64,000 bases of DNA from an uncultured virus (IMG/VR IMGVR_UViG_3300021437_000016) (IMGVR_UViG_3300021437_000016), one strand, 5' to 3'; shown: positions 1-10,727, numbered from the stretch's first letter. Translations and numbers: made by a program. Notes: generated by a model from the letters alone, not told the origin.

Positions 1-112
1 CGATGATGCGCTGCTTCTTCCATGTCGCACCTTCGAGGATGCGCGAGGCTGATGCCTGAAGGTCAAGGTTGTGCCGTCCGAGTCCGGGCACAACGATTTC
101 GGGTTTGGTCAT
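1..112 (-). CDS. 5' part of a gene running off the window start (MTKPEIVVPGLGRHNLDLQASASRILEGATWKKQRII...); possibly the N-terminus of the glycosyltransferase ending at 63759
   Basis: ATG at 112 with AGGA upstream, just after the stop of 130..1146; frame open to position 1. Confidence 0.6.
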   Translation of the reverse strand, partial: MTKPEIVVPGLGRHNLDLQASASRILEGATWKKQRII

Positions 113-129
113 GGACCGTCCTGTTGGGG

Positions 130-1146
130 TTAGATGTAGTATTGAACGAAGGGCATGCGAACCTGTGACGATCCGCCAGTATTCGTGACTGCCGACGAAG
201 ATATGGCTGCCGGCATCGAAAGGTTGTGGCTGTTCGATGCGTTCAGCGTGGTCGAGAAAACACCGTGAAAACGCTCTTCTCCCAGCGGTCGCTTGTAGAC
301 GTTCGTTCCAAAGTAACTCGCGCCGGCTGTCTGCGACTGCGAGACGCACATGGCTGAGGAATATCCACCAAGGTTGCTGGAGCTGGTCCGGGCCGTGTGA
401 ATGACGGCCTGATAGAGCGTACCTTGCGGCAGGGTCTTAACGTCCGTCCCACCACCATCAAAGAGCTGGACATTGGCGAGGCTGGAGAAGGATGCAGAGA
501 CGTTTCCACCCAGTGACGATGAGTTGGCTCCGCTGTTCGTTCCGAAGAACCACGAATGGGTCTGCGCCGTGGCGCTGTTCTGGCTCATCACATGGCAGAA
601 CTGGTATGAGGTGATCAGAGAGAGCGTCGAGTTGTTGTTTGAATACAGCCCGACAATGAAGCCGTTCGATGCCGATCCGGTTCCGGCTACCGTGGCCTGA
701 CCGGAGATCAGCATTTCGACTTCATCGTAGATGGTGGGCGCATCGATGTAGATCGGGCTCAGGTATCCCGAGACCGTGAACTGCGTCGATCCGCCAGTAG
801 CGCCAGAGGTGCCCGAGACGAACGATGAGGTTGCAAGGGGCTGCGGCCCGACAGGGTAGACACTGTTGAGGTTGCCACCTGAGAACACAAGCGACGAGCC
901 ATTGGTGTCCGTCGAGCCTGCGAGGGTGATCTGCCCGGCGGCCTTGAAGTAGATATCAGTGCCTGAGATGGACGACGATACTGCTGTATTGCCGGCCAGC
1001 TTGTAATCGAGGTTGTGTCCCGAGTTCCAATCCTGCGGGCGCACAACATTGCTCGCCGCTACCGATACAGTCGACGAGCCGTTCCAAGCTGTGATTGTGC
1101 CGGTAGCGTTAGCCTGCGTGTTTGAGAAGGCGTGTTTGATCGACAT
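130..1146 (-). CDS. virion protein, Ser/Thr/Gly-rich, possible tail fibre/receptor-binding protein
   Basis: 338-aa ORF with GAGG SD, beta-rich composition, in the structural arm. Confidence 0.6.
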   Translation of the reverse strand: MSIKHAFSNTQANATGTITAWNGSSTVSVAASNVVRPQDWNSGHNLDYKLAGNTAVSSSISGTDIYFKAAGQITLAGSTDTNGSSLVFSGGNLNSVYPVGPQPLATSSFVSGTSGATGGSTQFTVSGYLSPIYIDAPTIYDEVEMLISGQATVAGTGSASNGFIVGLYSNNNSTLSLITSYQFCHVMSQNSATAQTHSWFFGTNSGANSSSLGGNVSASFSSLANVQLFDGGGTDVKTLPQGTLYQAVIHTARTSSSNLGGYSSAMCVSQSQTAGASYFGTNVYKRPLGEERFHGVFSTTLNASNSHNLSMPAAISSSAVTNTGGSSQVRMPFVQYYI

Positions 1147-1171
1147 CTGCGCACCTCACATCGCGACACTA

Positions 1172-1633
1172 TTATGACGCGCGGAAGAACACGCCGGTGG
1201 TCATCTGGATGTCCGCGCCACTCGGCGTCTGAGCGAAGTCGAACATGGTGAGCGGAACGATGTTGGCATCCGTACCGGTCGTGGTGTCGCTGTCGTAGCA
1301 CACGGCGATCTTGCTGATCGCGTTGCCTGATGCGGCGGTCCAGGTGACCGTCGGAAGCGAGATGTCGAACCGGTCGTTGGTGTCGTCCGGTGCCGGGAGA
1401 GCTGCAAGCTCAGCGTCCGTCAGCGTCTTGCGCCCCATCGTGGTCTGCTCGTTGGTGGTGCCGGCGACCAGTGCGGTCAGGGTGTCAACGTCGATCAGCG
1501 TCGCATCCGCTTCGAGACCTGACGTCTCGATCGGGACCAGGATCAGCGCAGAGTTTGCCGGATCGTTGCTTTTGACCCGGTTGTAGTATTCGACCACACG
1601 CCCCTTGGCGATGTTGAAAACGATGTTTGCCAC
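1172..1633 (-). CDS. putative virion structural protein
   Basis: 153-aa ORF, GTG start with AGGGGG SD, collinear with structural genes. Confidence 0.65.
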   Translation of the reverse strand: MANIVFNIAKGRVVEYYNRVKSNDPANSALILVPIETSGLEADATLIDVDTLTALVAGTTNEQTTMGRKTLTDAELAALPAPDDTNDRFDISLPTVTWTAASGNAISKIAVCYDSDTTTGTDANIVPLTMFDFAQTPSGADIQMTTGVFFRAS

Positions 1634-1693
1634 TGTCGTAACCCCCTATGAGAGGCATCGTCCTAGCATAGGATGACGCCGGCATCTACCCTT

Positions 1694-4600
1694 CTAGTAA
1701 TTTGCATACTGCGTCAGCGACTGACCTGCAACGTCCTTCATGCTCACCCCGGCAGGGGTGTGCGTAGCCATCGATGTGGCGCGGGCCTTGTCCTGCCGCT
1801 TCAAGGTGCTCTTGAGCTGTGGGATAACAGCGAACGCAGGGTGCGCAGTGTCGAACGCCATGGCTTCCTGCACCAGCTGGCTTGCCTTCTCCGAGTCATG
1901 CTCGCGGATCGCGCGAATGATGTTGGAGCTGAGCACCTGCGCCTGCCGTGTGATCTGACCACGCCGCGCCTGTTGCTCCATCTTGGCCTCGGCGTATTCA
2001 GCCTTGGCGGACGGGGTGAACCCGAGGAGCTGCCACATAAGTGACGATGCACCGGGGCTCATCGGCAGCCGGTTGCCCTTGGTGTCGACATACCCATCGG
2101 TCGTCATCCGCATGACCTCGATCGGGTTCTTGAGCGCTGTCGGGAGCATCTCCTTGGCACCTCCGAGCAGGTCGCCGTCGGCGATCTTGGAGGCGCCTTC
2201 GATCACGTTGCTGACCATGCTGGTGCCAGCACCGCCGGAGCGGCCCATCTGCTGGTCCCAAGCGTCCTTCCAGGGACGCCGGTCGGCGAGGAAGTCGGAG
2301 AAGGGCAGCAGGCTCTGCTCACCTGCGCGGTTGGAGATGTCGAACCCGACTGCGCGCGGCAGGCCGCGTGCCACCACCTCAGCCATGTCCTTGCCCATGA
2401 CGTTCGCCAAGAAGTCCCGGTAGGCCACTGTCGCATCGAACGGCTCGTCGTCATCGTCCTTGAAGGCGTCGACCAGCCGCTCAAGCACCGACGCGAACAC
2501 CGTGGCGAACGGCAGACCAAGGGTGCCGGCAAGCGCGGTGATGGCAGTCAGATGCCCGAACAGGAACGTCCGTGCCTCCTTGGCCCGCTGCTTGGTCTGA
2601 GCTGCCGACTCGCCGACACGTGGCTTTCCTGCTGCGCTGAGGATTTCCGAATAGAGCTTCTCGGTCATCTGCATGCTGTAAGTCATGAACTGCGTCACGA
2701 TCGGCGTGACCTGTCCCAGGAAGCCGTTCTTGCCGAGCTTGCGCGCCGTGTTGTCTGACCGATAGTCAAACATCGCTTCCGACACGAGACGGGACGCATA
2801 TTCCTGCGTTGCGACGCTGTTGTCTCCTCGCAGCTCGTGGGCTGCCAGCGCCGCGGTCAGGCGGCTGAGTGTTTCAGAGTACGTCCCGAGGATCGACGCA
2901 TACCGGAGTCCGACGTCGAGCTTGGAGCCGGTGCGCGACTCGGAAATCTGACCCAGAGAGCGTGTAGCCGACGCGATGTCGATCGTGCCGGTCGCAAGCA
3001 TGGAGAGGATGAACGACTGCACATTGGCCGGCAGATTGGTGTTCTTGAGGACGCTTTCTGTGATCGCCACGTCTGCCGCATGCTTGAGCCCGAGCTCGCG
3101 CGACGCCTTGGCGATGGCGCTGAGAACCTTCAGGGCCTGACCCCCAGCCACACGGACTGCTCGGAACGACTTAGCGTACCCATGCTGCTTCGCCAACTCA
3201 GGGACCGCCATCGTGCCAACCTGCGTCAGGTTGATCAGCGCGTATGCCGGGCTGAGGCCGAGGAAGTATGTGTTCGTGACCGCGCGGAACTTGTCGATCA
3301 TGTCCGCGTCGTCGCTGACCGGGATCGAGGCGTCGCGCCGGCGGGCCTCGTCCATGAGCTGCGCAGCCAGATACTGGTCGTCTGTGTTCGCGGTGACGTT
3401 GCCGTTGTCGTCAGTCTTGGTGCGCACCTGCGCGTCCTGCACCTGCTGCTGCATCGAGGCGAACGCTTCGTCGAACTTCGGAGCCGATGCCACGTTGGAC
3501 AGGCTGAGTGCGCCGACCCGACCACGATGGGCGAAGTTGCGGATCATGTCCTTGTTGTAGCCCGGGATCGTGTTGCGACGCGTCAGCACGCGGCTGATCG
3601 AGCTGTCCGGCTGGCTGGAAATCCAGATATCGGTGATGACCTGGATCGCGGCGTCGCGCTGCTTCAGAAGCGCTGCCTTGTCCGCGTCCGACATGGTGTC
3701 GGTCGGCGTGTACTGTGGGCTCTCCTTGAGCTGCTGGATGTACTGTCCGAGCGATCCCGGCATAGCCTCGGCCACACCAAGGTTGGCGGCATCGGCCCGC
3801 GGCCCGACCTTGAAGCCTTCCTCGATCAGACCTTCCTTCAGCAGCCTGTGCATCAGCTGCTCGAACTGCTCGGCCTGCAGTCGCGTGTCAAAGCGCAAAG
3901 CGATCTTGGGGTTGGTGTTGTCCGTCGAAATCTGGACGTCGGTGTGCCCCGCAGCGTCAAGTGCCTTGGCGACAGCATCCTGCGCCTTGAGGTCGACAGT
4001 ACCGTCTACGTTGCGCTTGATCACCGCTGACCCGAAGAAGTTCCCGAACCGTCCGAGGTGGAAGTACGGTGCCTGCCTCATCTTCTTGAGCGCGACGCCG
4101 ACAGCCTCGATCTCGTCCTCCAGCGGCATGAGCCGGATGCGCATCGCACTCTGGTCAGCGCCTGTCCCATGCGCCTCGGTGTCAGTCTTCTTGGCGTCAA
4201 TGAACCCCTTGGCAGCCTCAACCTGCTCCTTGAGCATATTTTCCCACCAAGCGTTGGTGGCTGCTGATGTCTCCAACCCCTGCTCGCGCATGAACTTGTC
4301 GACCGGGTTGATCGTCGCGTCAGCCACACCGAGCTTGAGCTCCGGATCACGCGCCACCAGGCTGTGCAGGCTGGCAGCCATGCGCGCAAAGTTCTGCGTG
4401 TCGTTGATCTGGCGCATCTCCTTGTAGAGTGCGATACCTGCCCCGTCCTCCCGGCTCAGGTTGTTGACCAGCTCGACCGCTTTCTCATGGATTGCCTTCA
4501 TGCGGACTTCTTCGGCGATGTCCTTGGGGTCCTTCGCCTTGATCCCGTTCATGTTCTTGTCAGGCGCGTGAAGGTGCTTGTGCTCCTCCCACGCCTTGAG

Positions 4601-7600
4601 ACCATCCACCTGGAACTCGGTGGACACCGCCATGAGTTCGCCGATCCACTTCGCGACGTTGGGGCGCTGCCGCTCCAGAGCCTCGAACTTCTGGATGACC
4701 TCGTCATACATGCGCTCGAACCGGGCGCGGACGGCGTGCCGCTCGCTGTACGCCTGCTGGCGCTGGACCAGCCCAGGCATGAAGCTGCCAAACTCGCGGA
4801 CGAGGTGGTTGTTGCTGACCCACCCTAGGGCCTTGTTGCTGATCGTCTGCCAGAGGGTCCGCGCTGAAGACCGGTCCAGCAGATGGTCGAACGCGCCGGC
4901 TGCCTTCTTCAAGGCGTCAGTCGTGGCTTCGACGGTGCGGTTCACTGCGTTCGGGTCAGAGGAAATCTGTGCCTCAACCGTGTCGAACCCGGTTCCGTCG
5001 GCAACGTTCCGCCCAACAACCGTGCGCAGGTCACTCAGCGGCGCTGACGTGATCTGGTCCGCCACCCGCAGGAGCTCGGTCAGGGCGGTGTCGTACTTGC
5101 CCTCGATACCCAGAAGGTTGCGAAGGAGCTCAACAAAGCGGCCGAACACCGACTGGCGCGGCTTGTATTGGATCGAGTTCAGGTAGCGCTGCACCAGTGG
5201 ATTGGTCATGCCCCACGCGAGAAGCTCGTGGTTATTGTCCAGCGCATTTGTGTTCTTGACGAGGAAATTCTTCTCGAAGTCGGTCAGTGTTCCGGCCTTC
5301 GCGCGTTCAGAAAGATGCGTCGCGATCGCCCCGCCAAGATCGTTAAGGTCCTTCACGGCCTTGCCGATGGTCCCGTTCCCGTAGTTGGCCTTGTTCATTC
5401 CCCAATGCACGGCCTTGATCGCCACCGCGTGCAGCAGCTCGTGCGCCACGATCTGGTAGTTGACGCCGTGCTTGCTGGTGCGCGAGTCCTTCAGCCACAC
5501 CTTGGCGGACGCCGGGTTCAGCTTGACGACGGTAACCGCACCGACCGTGGGGTTGTTGAGCGACGCCGGAATGGTGTCACCCTCGTGTGCGATCTGCACC
5601 TCGAAGGTCATGCCGGCCTTCTCAAGGTTAGCAGTCAGCTTCTTCACGGCCTGCATGATGACGCGCATGTACTTGCTGGGAGCTGCCGAGACCATGTGGT
5701 CCAGCACACCATGGAAGTCCTTGCCCTCAAGCGCCTGCTCCAGCGCGAGGTCGGGCTTACCGATCGGGCTCTTCTCAGACGTCTCGATATTCTTCTCGGG
5801 CGGTGTCGGCAGGCGCGGGCCTCGCGCAGCCGTGCGCTTGGGCTTGCCCTCATCGGTGAACTCGCGGAGAGAACTTGCCACCTGTCTGACCTTGCCTCGA
5901 TCGAGCAGATCGTTGAGCCGGTCAGCACGCTCTTGCGTGATCGCTTCCTCACCAAGCGCCATGCGGCTGAGGTTGCGCAGGTCATAGGCCTTGAGTGCCT
6001 CATCCGTCTCGGCCCGCTGATCGGCCCGGGTACCTTGGTCGAGCTTGGGGTCGTACATCTCGCGGAACACCGGCTGGCGGCTGCGGCCGTCGTATCCGGA
6101 CCGCTCGATCGGCCGGCTGGGGATCATCTTGATCGACCCACCACCCTGCAGCCTGGAGATCGCGTCGGCGATGTCTTGCGCCGATGCGCCGTTGGCTGCC
6201 TGCCGGCGAAGCTCGGCCACCTCGGTGTCATTGACGTTGCTGAGGTCTGCCTGGTCGATGAGTCCGTTGAGCGAATCCCGCCTGTTCTCTCCAACAGAGC
6301 GCCGTGCTGTGGCGCGCGGGGCGACGCCCTTCGACTGGCGTACTGCGTCCTCATCCTTGAGGATGCGCTGAGTGTCCTTGGCGGACAGTGCGGTCTCGTT
6401 CTTGATGAAGTCCTGCGCCCAGAGCGTCCCCTGCCTGTACGCGTCAGCGTCGGCAAACGAGGAGAACTTGGTGACCGGAGCACCGCCACCTTCGACCTGT
6501 GCGCCCTGCCGGAACAGCTCGGCCTGACGACCTGAGAGTGCGTGCTCCGCAGCCGCAGAGTCGGTATCTTCCTGCCCTGCGGAGGTGTTGAGGTACACAG
6601 CGCGCCCCTTGGGGGTGACGTCTCGTGCGCTGTCGTTGGTGATGAGGCCCAGCTTCTTCGCAAGCTGCTCAGCCTGCGACACCCACGCGTTGGACTCATC
6701 AGTGGCAAGTGCGTCGAACACATCGGCCGGCGTTGCCAGGTCGCGCACCGTGCCGCCGGTTGAGTTCTTGGTGAGCTTGCCGAAGCCGAGCTCATCCATC
6801 GCCTTCTTGACGTCGGGGTGGACTTCCTGCGGGGCAGTCGTGATCGTCTGCGCGGGAGCTGCCGGCGCGGCGGGAGCTTCCGAAACGGTGGTATTCGGCG
6901 CAGGAGCAGCTTCCGAAACGGAGACATTCGGCACAGCAGGCGCACTCTCCCCGAACACATTCGTCGCCGGGAGCTGGTCGGTGAGCTGGATCGTGCTGGC
7001 TTCGGGCCCGACGACAGAGGCTCGCTCTGCCGCGATGCGCTGCCCAGCAGGGCCGAAGTCAGTACCGTCCTCGTTGATGATCCCCAGACGCTGGAGGAAC
7101 TTCTCCTCGTTGCGCTTCAGGCTTCCGCTGTTCTCGTTGGCGAAGTCGAACGCCTTGTTCTCCAGATCAGCCTGATTGTCGGCCGACAGGTTCTGGACCC
7201 ATCCGCCCTTGAGGCCCTGCTTGGCCGCATTGAGCGTGGTCTGGAAATCCGGAGCAGGCTCCATCGGAGGGAGGTCCACCGCAGAGGCTGCCGGAGCGGC
7301 CTGCACAGGAGTGGGAGCTGAGTCCTCGAACACGTTACCTGTTGCAGGGATGCGGTCGGTGCTATGAATGACCGCGCCATCAGGCGTGAGGACCGGCTGA
7401 TCCCCAAACACGTTACCGAGCGAGTTGTCGTCGGTGAGCTGTCCCGGGACCTGGATGGTGGGGCCGCTGCGATCCATGATCTCCGGCGCTGACTCTCGCG
7501 GAAGGTTCGCGAGGAGGACCGGGTCCATGCCGGGTGCAATGCGCCCAGCCGCATCAACCGCAACAGGCGGCGCGTTGTCGGTGATCTCCGGGCCTCCAGG

Positions 7601-8533
7601 GGCGCGTCCAAACATCTCTGGAGAGGGCAAAGCCAACGGAGCCGCAGCGTTCGCCTGACCTGAAAGGATTTGGTCGACCGTCGCCAGCATGTCGTCGTTG
7701 TTGACTTCGTTCACCGGCTTGGATGTGGCTGGAGTCCGGCGGAACCCACCGACGCTACCGAGCAGACCACCGAGAGCGAATGCGCCCACCGCGGACTCAA
7801 CATACTCGTTTGCTGCCTCAGCGTTCGCGAGCGGAAGCCCTGCGGCATGGCGTTCGCCGACCTGCTGCTGGACTTCAGCTGCAGCTTCAGCGGTACCGGC
7901 CTCACCCATCGACATCAAGGTGCGGGTGACAAACCCGCGACCGGTGTGTGTGGCTCCGCGACCAAGCAGTTTACCGACACCGGGCAGGAAATAATCGGCA
8001 GCAACATCAGTGGCGGACTGCACCGGGGCCCAGTCAGCAGAGCGCTCAGCTGCTTGCCGGCTAAGGGAGCCTTCCTCCTGGACTGCACGCGCAACGTTGC
8101 TACCGGCAAACACCGGGGTGTTGAACGCGAGACCGGCAGCGCCTGCACCAACCGGGCCACCGACCGCGCCGCCAGCAGCAGCGCTGGCAATCGTCCCGAT
8201 CATCTGCGGAGCCGACGAAGCAGCCAGATCAGCAAGATACCGACCAAACCCGACGCGTCCCGCGCGCACATCGGCAAAGCTCGACCCAGGTGCCTGCTGG
8301 CCGGCAGCTTGTGCCTCTGCCAGGCCGCGCTTATACTCGGCCTCTCTCGCTGGGTCGATCTGGTCCAGACCGATCTTGTCGAGCATGTACGGGATGCCGT
8401 ACTGCATCTGCCCGATAGACTGGCGTGCTGACGCCATGAACACATCACCAACACCAGGACGCCCGACCGGAGCGCCTGGAGCCATCGCTGGCATCATGTC
8501 ATCAGGTACGTAAACGCCGCCGATCTGAGGCAT
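1694..8533 (-). CDS. giant internal virion/DNA-ejection protein, PLxRFG-like, with HExxH motif
   Basis: 2279 aa; YFHLGRFG resembles the PLxRFG motif; IVAHELLHAV metallopeptidase-like motif; hydrophobic Gly-rich segments at both ends. Confidence 0.75.
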   Translation of the reverse strand: MPQIGGVYVPDDMMPAMAPGAPVGRPGVGDVFMASARQSIGQMQYGIPYMLDKIGLDQIDPAREAEYKRGLAEAQAAGQQAPGSSFADVRAGRVGFGRYLADLAASSAPQMIGTIASAAAGGAVGGPVGAGAAGLAFNTPVFAGSNVARAVQEEGSLSRQAAERSADWAPVQSATDVAADYFLPGVGKLLGRGATHTGRGFVTRTLMSMGEAGTAEAAAEVQQQVGERHAAGLPLANAEAANEYVESAVGAFALGGLLGSVGGFRRTPATSKPVNEVNNDDMLATVDQILSGQANAAAPLALPSPEMFGRAPGGPEITDNAPPVAVDAAGRIAPGMDPVLLANLPRESAPEIMDRSGPTIQVPGQLTDDNSLGNVFGDQPVLTPDGAVIHSTDRIPATGNVFEDSAPTPVQAAPAASAVDLPPMEPAPDFQTTLNAAKQGLKGGWVQNLSADNQADLENKAFDFANENSGSLKRNEEKFLQRLGIINEDGTDFGPAGQRIAAERASVVGPEASTIQLTDQLPATNVFGESAPAVPNVSVSEAAPAPNTTVSEAPAAPAAPAQTITTAPQEVHPDVKKAMDELGFGKLTKNSTGGTVRDLATPADVFDALATDESNAWVSQAEQLAKKLGLITNDSARDVTPKGRAVYLNTSAGQEDTDSAAAEHALSGRQAELFRQGAQVEGGGAPVTKFSSFADADAYRQGTLWAQDFIKNETALSAKDTQRILKDEDAVRQSKGVAPRATARRSVGENRRDSLNGLIDQADLSNVNDTEVAELRRQAANGASAQDIADAISRLQGGGSIKMIPSRPIERSGYDGRSRQPVFREMYDPKLDQGTRADQRAETDEALKAYDLRNLSRMALGEEAITQERADRLNDLLDRGKVRQVASSLREFTDEGKPKRTAARGPRLPTPPEKNIETSEKSPIGKPDLALEQALEGKDFHGVLDHMVSAAPSKYMRVIMQAVKKLTANLEKAGMTFEVQIAHEGDTIPASLNNPTVGAVTVVKLNPASAKVWLKDSRTSKHGVNYQIVAHELLHAVAIKAVHWGMNKANYGNGTIGKAVKDLNDLGGAIATHLSERAKAGTLTDFEKNFLVKNTNALDNNHELLAWGMTNPLVQRYLNSIQYKPRQSVFGRFVELLRNLLGIEGKYDTALTELLRVADQITSAPLSDLRTVVGRNVADGTGFDTVEAQISSDPNAVNRTVEATTDALKKAAGAFDHLLDRSSARTLWQTISNKALGWVSNNHLVREFGSFMPGLVQRQQAYSERHAVRARFERMYDEVIQKFEALERQRPNVAKWIGELMAVSTEFQVDGLKAWEEHKHLHAPDKNMNGIKAKDPKDIAEEVRMKAIHEKAVELVNNLSREDGAGIALYKEMRQINDTQNFARMAASLHSLVARDPELKLGVADATINPVDKFMREQGLETSAATNAWWENMLKEQVEAAKGFIDAKKTDTEAHGTGADQSAMRIRLMPLEDEIEAVGVALKKMRQAPYFHLGRFGNFFGSAVIKRNVDGTVDLKAQDAVAKALDAAGHTDVQISTDNTNPKIALRFDTRLQAEQFEQLMHRLLKEGLIEEGFKVGPRADAANLGVAEAMPGSLGQYIQQLKESPQYTPTDTMSDADKAALLKQRDAAIQVITDIWISSQPDSSISRVLTRRNTIPGYNKDMIRNFAHRGRVGALSLSNVASAPKFDEAFASMQQQVQDAQVRTKTDDNGNVTANTDDQYLAAQLMDEARRRDASIPVSDDADMIDKFRAVTNTYFLGLSPAYALINLTQVGTMAVPELAKQHGYAKSFRAVRVAGGQALKVLSAIAKASRELGLKHAADVAITESVLKNTNLPANVQSFILSMLATGTIDIASATRSLGQISESRTGSKLDVGLRYASILGTYSETLSRLTAALAAHELRGDNSVATQEYASRLVSEAMFDYRSDNTARKLGKNGFLGQVTPIVTQFMTYSMQMTEKLYSEILSAAGKPRVGESAAQTKQRAKEARTFLFGHLTAITALAGTLGLPFATVFASVLERLVDAFKDDDDEPFDATVAYRDFLANVMGKDMAEVVARGLPRAVGFDISNRAGEQSLLPFSDFLADRRPWKDAWDQQMGRSGGAGTSMVSNVIEGASKIADGDLLGGAKEMLPTALKNPIEVMRMTTDGYVDTKGNRLPMSPGASSLMWQLLGFTPSAKAEYAEAKMEQQARRGQITRQAQVLSSNIIRAIREHDSEKASQLVQEAMAFDTAHPAFAVIPQLKSTLKRQDKARATSMATHTPAGVSMKDVAGQSLTQYANY

Positions 8534-8536
8534 TTA

Positions 8537-9298
8537 TCAGTCCTTTTCGGCTTGTGTCTGCATCTCAGCCAGCGCGTTCGCAAGCGGGTCCACACCGAGC
8601 GACTTGAGGTGGTTTCCGATGTACGCCTGCTGTGCCTTATCGAACTCAGCTGCGTACCTTGCCGGATCAGAGTCCTTCAGCGGGGCGATGAGCTTGACCT
8701 GGTGGTCGAATATTGCATCATTCGCCTGCCGGAACGTGTCGTACACCCGGTCCTTTCCGCTGCTCTTCACCGGAGCAGGGACCATACCCATCGCAGCCTG
8801 GAGCTGCGCGACTGTCGCCTTTGGGTTGGACAGCATCTTGGCTGCTCGGGCCTGAGCCCAATCCATGGCGGTGAGTGGAGTATCGTCCTGCGCAGGAGGT
8901 GGCGGCGGCATCTTGGTCTTTCCCGGAGGCGCGGTACCTGATGCAGTGCTCGCAACATCCGCAGCTGTGGCTGCGGGAGAGCTCTTGGGGCTGGCTCCAG
9001 GTCCAAGCAGACCGTAGGCAAACTTGACAGCGCTGGACGGACTCGGAACCGCATCCACCACCGTGTTTGCCAGACCGACAAGCGGGGACCCCAGGTAGCG
9101 CACAGCCGCTCCAGCCATGCGGGGTGTGTTGCCTGAGGCGGTAGCCTGGCGAAGATTGGTGTCTGCCGACACCAGAGCCTGCTCCATCGGAGTGGGAGGG
9201 GGTCGGAACGATGGGTCTGCATGGATCAGCTTCTGATACCATGGCATGGCGTTATAAGCCTGCTGCGCAGCTGACGCTGTCTGTTTGGTATCCGGCAT
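8537..9298 (-). CDS. putative internal virion protein
   Basis: Ala/Pro-rich ORF directly upstream of the giant protein; ATG at 9298 follows the upstream stop at 9303. Confidence 0.6.
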   Translation of the reverse strand: MPDTKQTASAAQQAYNAMPWYQKLIHADPSFRPPPTPMEQALVSADTNLRQATASGNTPRMAGAAVRYLGSPLVGLANTVVDAVPSPSSAVKFAYGLLGPGASPKSSPAATAADVASTASGTAPPGKTKMPPPPPAQDDTPLTAMDWAQARAAKMLSNPKATVAQLQAAMGMVPAPVKSSGKDRVYDTFRQANDAIFDHQVKLIAPLKDSDPARYAAEFDKAQQAYIGNHLKSLGVDPLANALAEMQTQAEKD

Positions 9299-9302
9299 CT
9301 GA

Positions 9303-10067
9303 TCAACTCCAGCTATATCCACCACGTCCGAAGCCCCAGTCCATGGGGGCGAACAGCTTGCGCATAGCCGACTTTCGAGCCTCAGTCACGTTTTCCTCGA
9401 AGGTGGCCTTGAAGTCAGCCGCGCGCTTGACCGACCCAGCATCGTCGTCGACGATCCGGAGAGCCAGGTATGCAGCGTAATCGAGCATCTCCAGATGGTG
9501 GTCCGCCGGGATTTCCGGGGAGGCCTGAAGGTCGGAGAGCTGCAGCTGCTCGATCGGTTTTCTGACAACGCGCAGCTGGATGATCGTGCCGGCGAGTTCA
9601 GCGCTCGGTACCGGGTGGATGCGCAGTGCCGCACGCCCGAGGCTGTCGTAGTCATCGAGGCTCAGCGTCTCGTCAGTCGAGAACGCAACCGGTGCCCCCG
9701 GCGGCATTGTCGTCAGCGAGGACGGGTCGATCCACGACTCGGTCGGCTGCCGGTACGCGTTGAGCACCGAGTGCCCGACGCGCTGCAGGTCGACCTCCTG
9801 ACTACTGACGCGAGCTGACAGGACGGCCAGCACAGACTCGTGCAAGTCATAGCTGCTTTGACCAGCCACGAGCGTGATGCGCGTCGCTTCGGGGCTGGTG
9901 CCGTCCCGCAGAACGAGACCCTGGGTCGCGAAACGACGCTGAGCCTCATTCATATAAATGACGAGTTCTTCATCGGTCCAAAGGTAATCGGACGAGCCGG
10001 ATACGCGGCTCGTCCGATCATTGAGGATCGCCCCTCGGAGCAGACTTAGCAGTTGTTCGAGGGTCAT
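9303..10067 (-). CDS. head-tail adaptor / tail tubular protein-like
   Basis: 254 aa; MTLEQL...WTDEELVIYMNEAQ...IPADHH...YAAYLAL pattern typical of podovirus adaptor proteins; downstream of capsid genes. Confidence 0.65.
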   Translation of the reverse strand: MTLEQLLSLLRGAILNDRTSRVSGSSDYLWTDEELVIYMNEAQRRFATQGLVLRDGTSPEATRITLVAGQSSYDLHESVLAVLSARVSSQEVDLQRVGHSVLNAYRQPTESWIDPSSLTTMPPGAPVAFSTDETLSLDDYDSLGRAALRIHPVPSAELAGTIIQLRVVRKPIEQLQLSDLQASPEIPADHHLEMLDYAAYLALRIVDDDAGSVKRAADFKATFEENVTEARKSAMRKLFAPMDWGFGRGGYSWS

Positions 10068-10082
10068 GGCCCCTACCCGCTG

Positions 10083-10727
10083 TTACAGACGGTGGTAGGG
10101 GTACCTCATCCTGTTGCGATAGCCAAGGACCTTCTTCGTCGTGCCATCGACGATCGGGGCCGACATGACCGCGTTGTCCAGGATTTCCAGCAGGAAGTCC
10201 GGAACATCGACCGGCACACCGGGAGAGATGACATAGCCGCGACCGTTGTGGCCGACATACAGGCCAGTCGGCGGGATGTCCGAGTTCTCTTCCAGACGGA
10301 TCGTGACGTACTTGATCCCGAGCTTGGCAGCCGCCGCGGCGACGTCCTTATCCACCTGACCGGTGAACGAGCTGGGGATCGGTCCGGTCCGCAGGGGCTC
10401 CGGCGCAGCACCGCCATCAGTGACCACCGTCTGGACCGGGCGGGCCAGAAGGGCGGCGACCTGCGCTTCGAGCGCGGCGATACGGGCTGCAGAGCCGTCC
10501 CCGACCACAGTAATATCGGGCTGCGAGACGACAGCTTCGTCGAGGTTCTGCTTGGGCATCGAGTCTTCCGAGACCAGGAACATGGCTCCGATCTCAGCAG
10601 CCTTGGCGTCAGCGTTTTCCTTGCCGCGGGCACGAACGGGTTCGGGGAGGTTTGGGTGGCTCAGCTCGTAAAAGCCGCCGCCGGTGGGGGTGACGGTCAC
10701 CCCGTTGATCGTATACGCATCACTCAT
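10083..10727 (-). CDS. hypothetical protein in the head gene cluster
   Basis: 214-aa ORF, ATGA-coupled to the upstream gene. Confidence 0.65.
   Translation of the reverse strand: MSDAYTINGVTVTPTGGGFYELSHPNLPEPVRARGKENADAKAAEIGAMFLVSEDSMPKQNLDEAVVSQPDITVVGDGSAARIAALEAQVAALLARPVQTVVTDGGAAPEPLRTGPIPSSFTGQVDKDVAAAAAKLGIKYVTIRLEENSDIPPTGLYVGHNGRGYVISPGVPVDVPDFLLEILDNAVMSAPIVDGTTKKVLGYRNRMRYPYHRL

Noticed and set aside
1694..8533. Giant protein as an N4-like virion RNA polymerase reading hairpin promoters
   Set aside because: No recognisable T7-type RNAP motifs; sigma70-like promoters already explain early transcription
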